64,000 bases of DNA from Acidimicrobiia bacterium (GTDB lineage Bacteria > Actinomycetota > Acidimicrobiia > Spongiisociales > ZC4RG35), in the NCBI GenBank assembly GCA_965203555.1, contig CBDBCY010000004.1, positions 2,432,001-2,496,000 of the forward strand, written 5' to 3'. How positions within the stretch are numbered: position 1 is the stretch's first letter; every line of letters starts with the position of its first letter. Below the pieces are notes generated by a model. It did not search any database. It was not told the DNA's origin and worked only from the letters and a program-made list of their open reading frames with translations. This document shows, piece by piece, positions 61,192-64,000 of the stretch. A program made the translations under genes and the position numbers.

Positions 61192-62619
61192 TTGAAACTG
61201 GTGATGGTGGCGGCGGGAAAGGTGGCCCGCAACGTTCTGGGTCGATTGGGTGACCGCTGGGAGGTCACCCTGATCGACCCCAGGGACTCCGCCCTGCAGA
61301 TGGCGCGCCGCGTCAGAGAGGTCGAGACCGTTCAGGGCGACGGTTCCAGCCGAGTGGTGCTCCGCATGGCCGGTTTGAAGGATGCCGAGGCTCTGATAGC
61401 CGCCAGCAGGGAAGACGAAGTGAACCTGGAGGCATGCCGGTACGCCCGGAAACTGGGTGTTCCCCGAATCATCGCCGTGGCGGACGCCTCCGATCAGATG
61501 TCGTCCTACCGGGAGTTGGGAGCGAAGGTGGTGTGGGCCGACAACCTTACGGCCCGGCACGTTGAAATCAACCTTGACGGTCGCCGTACTCAGTCAGCCG
61601 CTTTCGCCAACGGACTGGCCGAGGCGATGGAGTTTCGCATTTCCCACGATTCTCCGCTGCAAGGGGTGACCGTCCGCTCGCTGGGTCTGCGGTCCTGGCT
61701 GGTGGCGACTGTGCTGAGAGACCAGCGCCTGATCATTCCCCACGGCAACACAGTGCTGGAGGAGGGAGATCTGGTCACAGTGGTGGGCGCATCCGAGGAC
61801 TATGCGGACATGGTGGAGACATTCACCGCCGGACACGCCCGGTTCCCCCTTGATTACGGGCTCTCGGTGGCGGTGGCCCTGGCCGCTACGCCTTCCGATG
61901 ACGCGGTGCTGGCCGAGGCTGCCCACTTCGTGAAATTCACGGCCGCCGACTCCATCCTGGCTTTGTTTCCTCCACTGGACCGCAGGGAGCCCGGGGAGGT
62001 CGAAGCGTTGCGCCGCAGGATGGACCAGTGGCGAGTGCGGCACGAGAGCATCGAGATAACCTTCATGGTCTCACCGGGCGTCGGCCCGGAAGCAGTGTTC
62101 GATGTTGCCTCCTCGGAGTCGGTTGGCGTGGTGGTGGCGCCTCGGCCGCCGAGCCGGCGCAAAGTGGTGAGGCTGGTTGAACTGAGCCGTTCACGAAGAA
62201 CCCCTCTGTTGATAGCCTCAGGACGTTTTCCATATTCGGGTCCCATGGTGCTGCTCAGCGGTGAAGAAGAAGAGGAGTATCTGGGCGCCCGGGAGGCGAT
62301 CGACATGGCCGCTCACTCGGGAACCGCTTTGCAAACCGTGGGGGTCCTGCCTCCCCAATTCCTACCGGGGGAGAAGACGCGTCACGACATCCGGGTACAG
62401 ATCAGTCGGGTCCGGGAGGAAGCTTCCGTACAGGGGGTCACCATCCGTCGTCGTATCCAGCGGGGCAACCCGGTGCGGGTGGTGGATGAACTCTCCAGGA
62501 ATTCACTGGTGGTGATGAGTATTGGAGGTCATCCCTACAGTTATCTTCGTCCGGGGATCGCGGGTCTGATGGCTGCCACTGTGGACTCTTCAGTCATCCT
62601 GGTACCCGCCCGGAACTGA
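61192..62619 (+). CDS. TrkA-type RCK domain protein with C-terminal USP-like domains
   Basis: AAGKVA, GDGSS, TrkA-C IIPHGNTVLEEGD; USP-like GNPV...SSVILVP. Confidence 0.8.
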   Translation: MKLVMVAAGKVARNVLGRLGDRWEVTLIDPRDSALQMARRVREVETVQGDGSSRVVLRMAGLKDAEALIAASREDEVNLEACRYARKLGVPRIIAVADASDQMSSYRELGAKVVWADNLTARHVEINLDGRRTQSAAFANGLAEAMEFRISHDSPLQGVTVRSLGLRSWLVATVLRDQRLIIPHGNTVLEEGDLVTVVGASEDYADMVETFTAGHARFPLDYGLSVAVALAATPSDDAVLAEAAHFVKFTAADSILALFPPLDRREPGEVEALRRRMDQWRVRHESIEITFMVSPGVGPEAVFDVASSESVGVVVAPRPPSRRKVVRLVELSRSRRTPLLIASGRFPYSGPMVLLSGEEEEEYLGAREAIDMAAHSGTALQTVGVLPPQFLPGEKTRHDIRVQISRVREEASVQGVTIRRRIQRGNPVRVVDELSRNSLVVMSIGGHPYSYLRPGIAGLMAATVDSSVILVPARN

Positions 62620-62625
62620 CTTACG

Positions 62626-63804
62626 GTGGAGTCAACCGACGCAACCACCCTGATTCTGGTGGGCTTGGCAGCCCTGGCCCTGCCGTTGGCCGCCCGGCGG
62701 CTGCGCCTGCCCCCGGTGGTGTTGGAGATTCTCTTCGGGGTGCTGGTCGGTCCCGTGCTACAGATCGTTGTCTCGACACCGCTGTTGGAGTCTCTTGCCC
62801 AACTGGGCTTTCTGATGTTGATGCTTCTCACCGGTTTCGAGATCAACGTCGGGTTTTTCCAGCGGCAGGGAATAGGTCCGATCCTGGTGGGTCTGCTGGG
62901 GTTCGCCGCCACCCTCACGGCTTCCTGGTTGGCAAGCAGGATCCTGGGCGTCGAGCCTTTCATGGTCATGGTGCTGGCCACGACCTCCGTTGGCCTGGTG
63001 GTGCCCAGCCTCCGCTCGGCCGGGGTGGCCTCCCGTCCCATCGGCCAGGACATCCTTCTGGGCGCGCTCCTCGCTGACTTCCTGACCTTGCTGGGAGTTA
63101 CCGTGATAGCCCTGCTGGTGATGGGGGACGCCGAATGGCGGTTGTTGGGCATCCCGGGGTTCTTCCTGGTCGCCGCCGTGGTCCTGTTGGGCATCAGGCG
63201 GGCGGCATGGTGGCATCCGGACCGGTTCGCCGCCCTATTCGCCGCCGAGGACACCGAGGAGATGGGTATCCGCGCCACCCTGGCTTTGCTGTTCGTGTTC
63301 GTGGGGGTGGCCAGCCTGCTGGGAATTGAAGCTGTGCTGGCCGCCTTCCTGTCGGGAGGCATCATCGCGGTGGTGTTCCGTGAACGAGGGGCGCTCGACC
63401 GGAAACTGTCGGGATTCTCCTACGGTTTCCTGATTCCGATCTTCTTCATCGACGTGGGCATCCGGTTCGACCTGACGGCGGTCACCGACGTGGAAGCCCT
63501 GCTGTTCACCGCCAAATTGGTGGTCGCAGCCTTTGCGGTGAAAACCGCCTCCGCGCTGGTTCTCTTCCTCCGGGGCCACAAGGTTCGATCGGTTGCCGCG
63601 GCCGCCGCCCTCTTGTCCGCCCGTCTGTCGCTGATCATCGTGGTGGCGGAGATAGGACGCCACCTGGGCCTTCTCACCAGGTCACAGGAGAGCAGCATCA
63701 TCCTGCTGGCCATCGTCACCACCACCGTGGCGCCCACCCTGTTCCGGTGGCTGATGCCGGCCTCCACCGGAGAGACAAGCATTCCTCAGGGGGAGCCCGA
63801 GTAG
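62626..63804 (+). CDS. Cation:proton antiporter (CPA2/Kef-like)
   Basis: Multi-TM; TTSVGLVVP.L, GFLIPIFF..VG. Confidence 0.88.
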   Translation: MESTDATTLILVGLAALALPLAARRLRLPPVVLEILFGVLVGPVLQIVVSTPLLESLAQLGFLMLMLLTGFEINVGFFQRQGIGPILVGLLGFAATLTASWLASRILGVEPFMVMVLATTSVGLVVPSLRSAGVASRPIGQDILLGALLADFLTLLGVTVIALLVMGDAEWRLLGIPGFFLVAAVVLLGIRRAAWWHPDRFAALFAAEDTEEMGIRATLALLFVFVGVASLLGIEAVLAAFLSGGIIAVVFRERGALDRKLSGFSYGFLIPIFFIDVGIRFDLTAVTDVEALLFTAKLVVAAFAVKTASALVLFLRGHKVRSVAAAAALLSARLSLIIVVAEIGRHLGLLTRSQESSIILLAIVTTTVAPTLFRWLMPASTGETSIPQGEPE

Positions 63805-64000
63805 CCGGATACCAGGCCGCCGTCTCGGGTGTTGCCCGGCTGGGAAGGGGGCGCTTGCGTTCGGTTTCTTGCGGGGAGTCCTCAATAGCCGGGGATGACG
63901 GTTTAGTTGCCCGGACCGTACAAGCCGTACTGGAGGCGGGGGTCGCCGGGGATGGCGTCGCACCGAACTTGATATGTTTCCCCGATCCAGCGGGAGCGGG

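Noticed and set aside
63903-64000. Possible C-terminus of a minus-strand gene (...PLPLDRETYQVRCDAIPGDPRLQYGLYGPGN*)
   Set aside because: Too little sequence in the window to support a call.

Overview
High-GC window, most likely from an actinobacterium. The Acidimicrobiia-like housekeeping genes and abundant SLH/cadherin/FN3/PPC surface proteins resemble sponge-associated lineages (inference). Housekeeping blocks (tkt, cimA, trpS, guaB-like/guaA/pcrA, tal, sucCD, K+ antiporter) flank a large accessory region (~7.6-40 kb). That region holds SLH-anchored proteases, several toxin-antitoxin modules (many toxins disrupted), IS remnants, a putative restriction-modification pair and a complete type I-G CRISPR-Cas locus (cas3-csx17-csb1-csb2-cas4/1-cas2, 6 repeats/5 spacers). 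Main discoveries: (1) A hidden degenerate CRISPR mini-array (34966-35059) upstream of cas3. Its 24-nt spacer matches 16/18 nt of a TTG-PAM-flanked site overlapping the -35 box of the promoter in front of an unknown 95-aa ORF translationally coupled to cas3. This is a candidate CreR/CreA-type Cascade-guided repression or toxin-antitoxin circuit in type I-G. (2) Two adjacent surface thioredoxin-fold genes with in-frame UGA in a UxxC motif and a shared SECIS-like hairpin (selenoproteins missed by the ORF track). (3) An Ile-rich leader-peptide attenuator upstream of cimA. (4) A candidate two-hairpin sRNA convergent with a NYN-RNase pseudogene. All calls are by eye from the sequence; no database searches were run.
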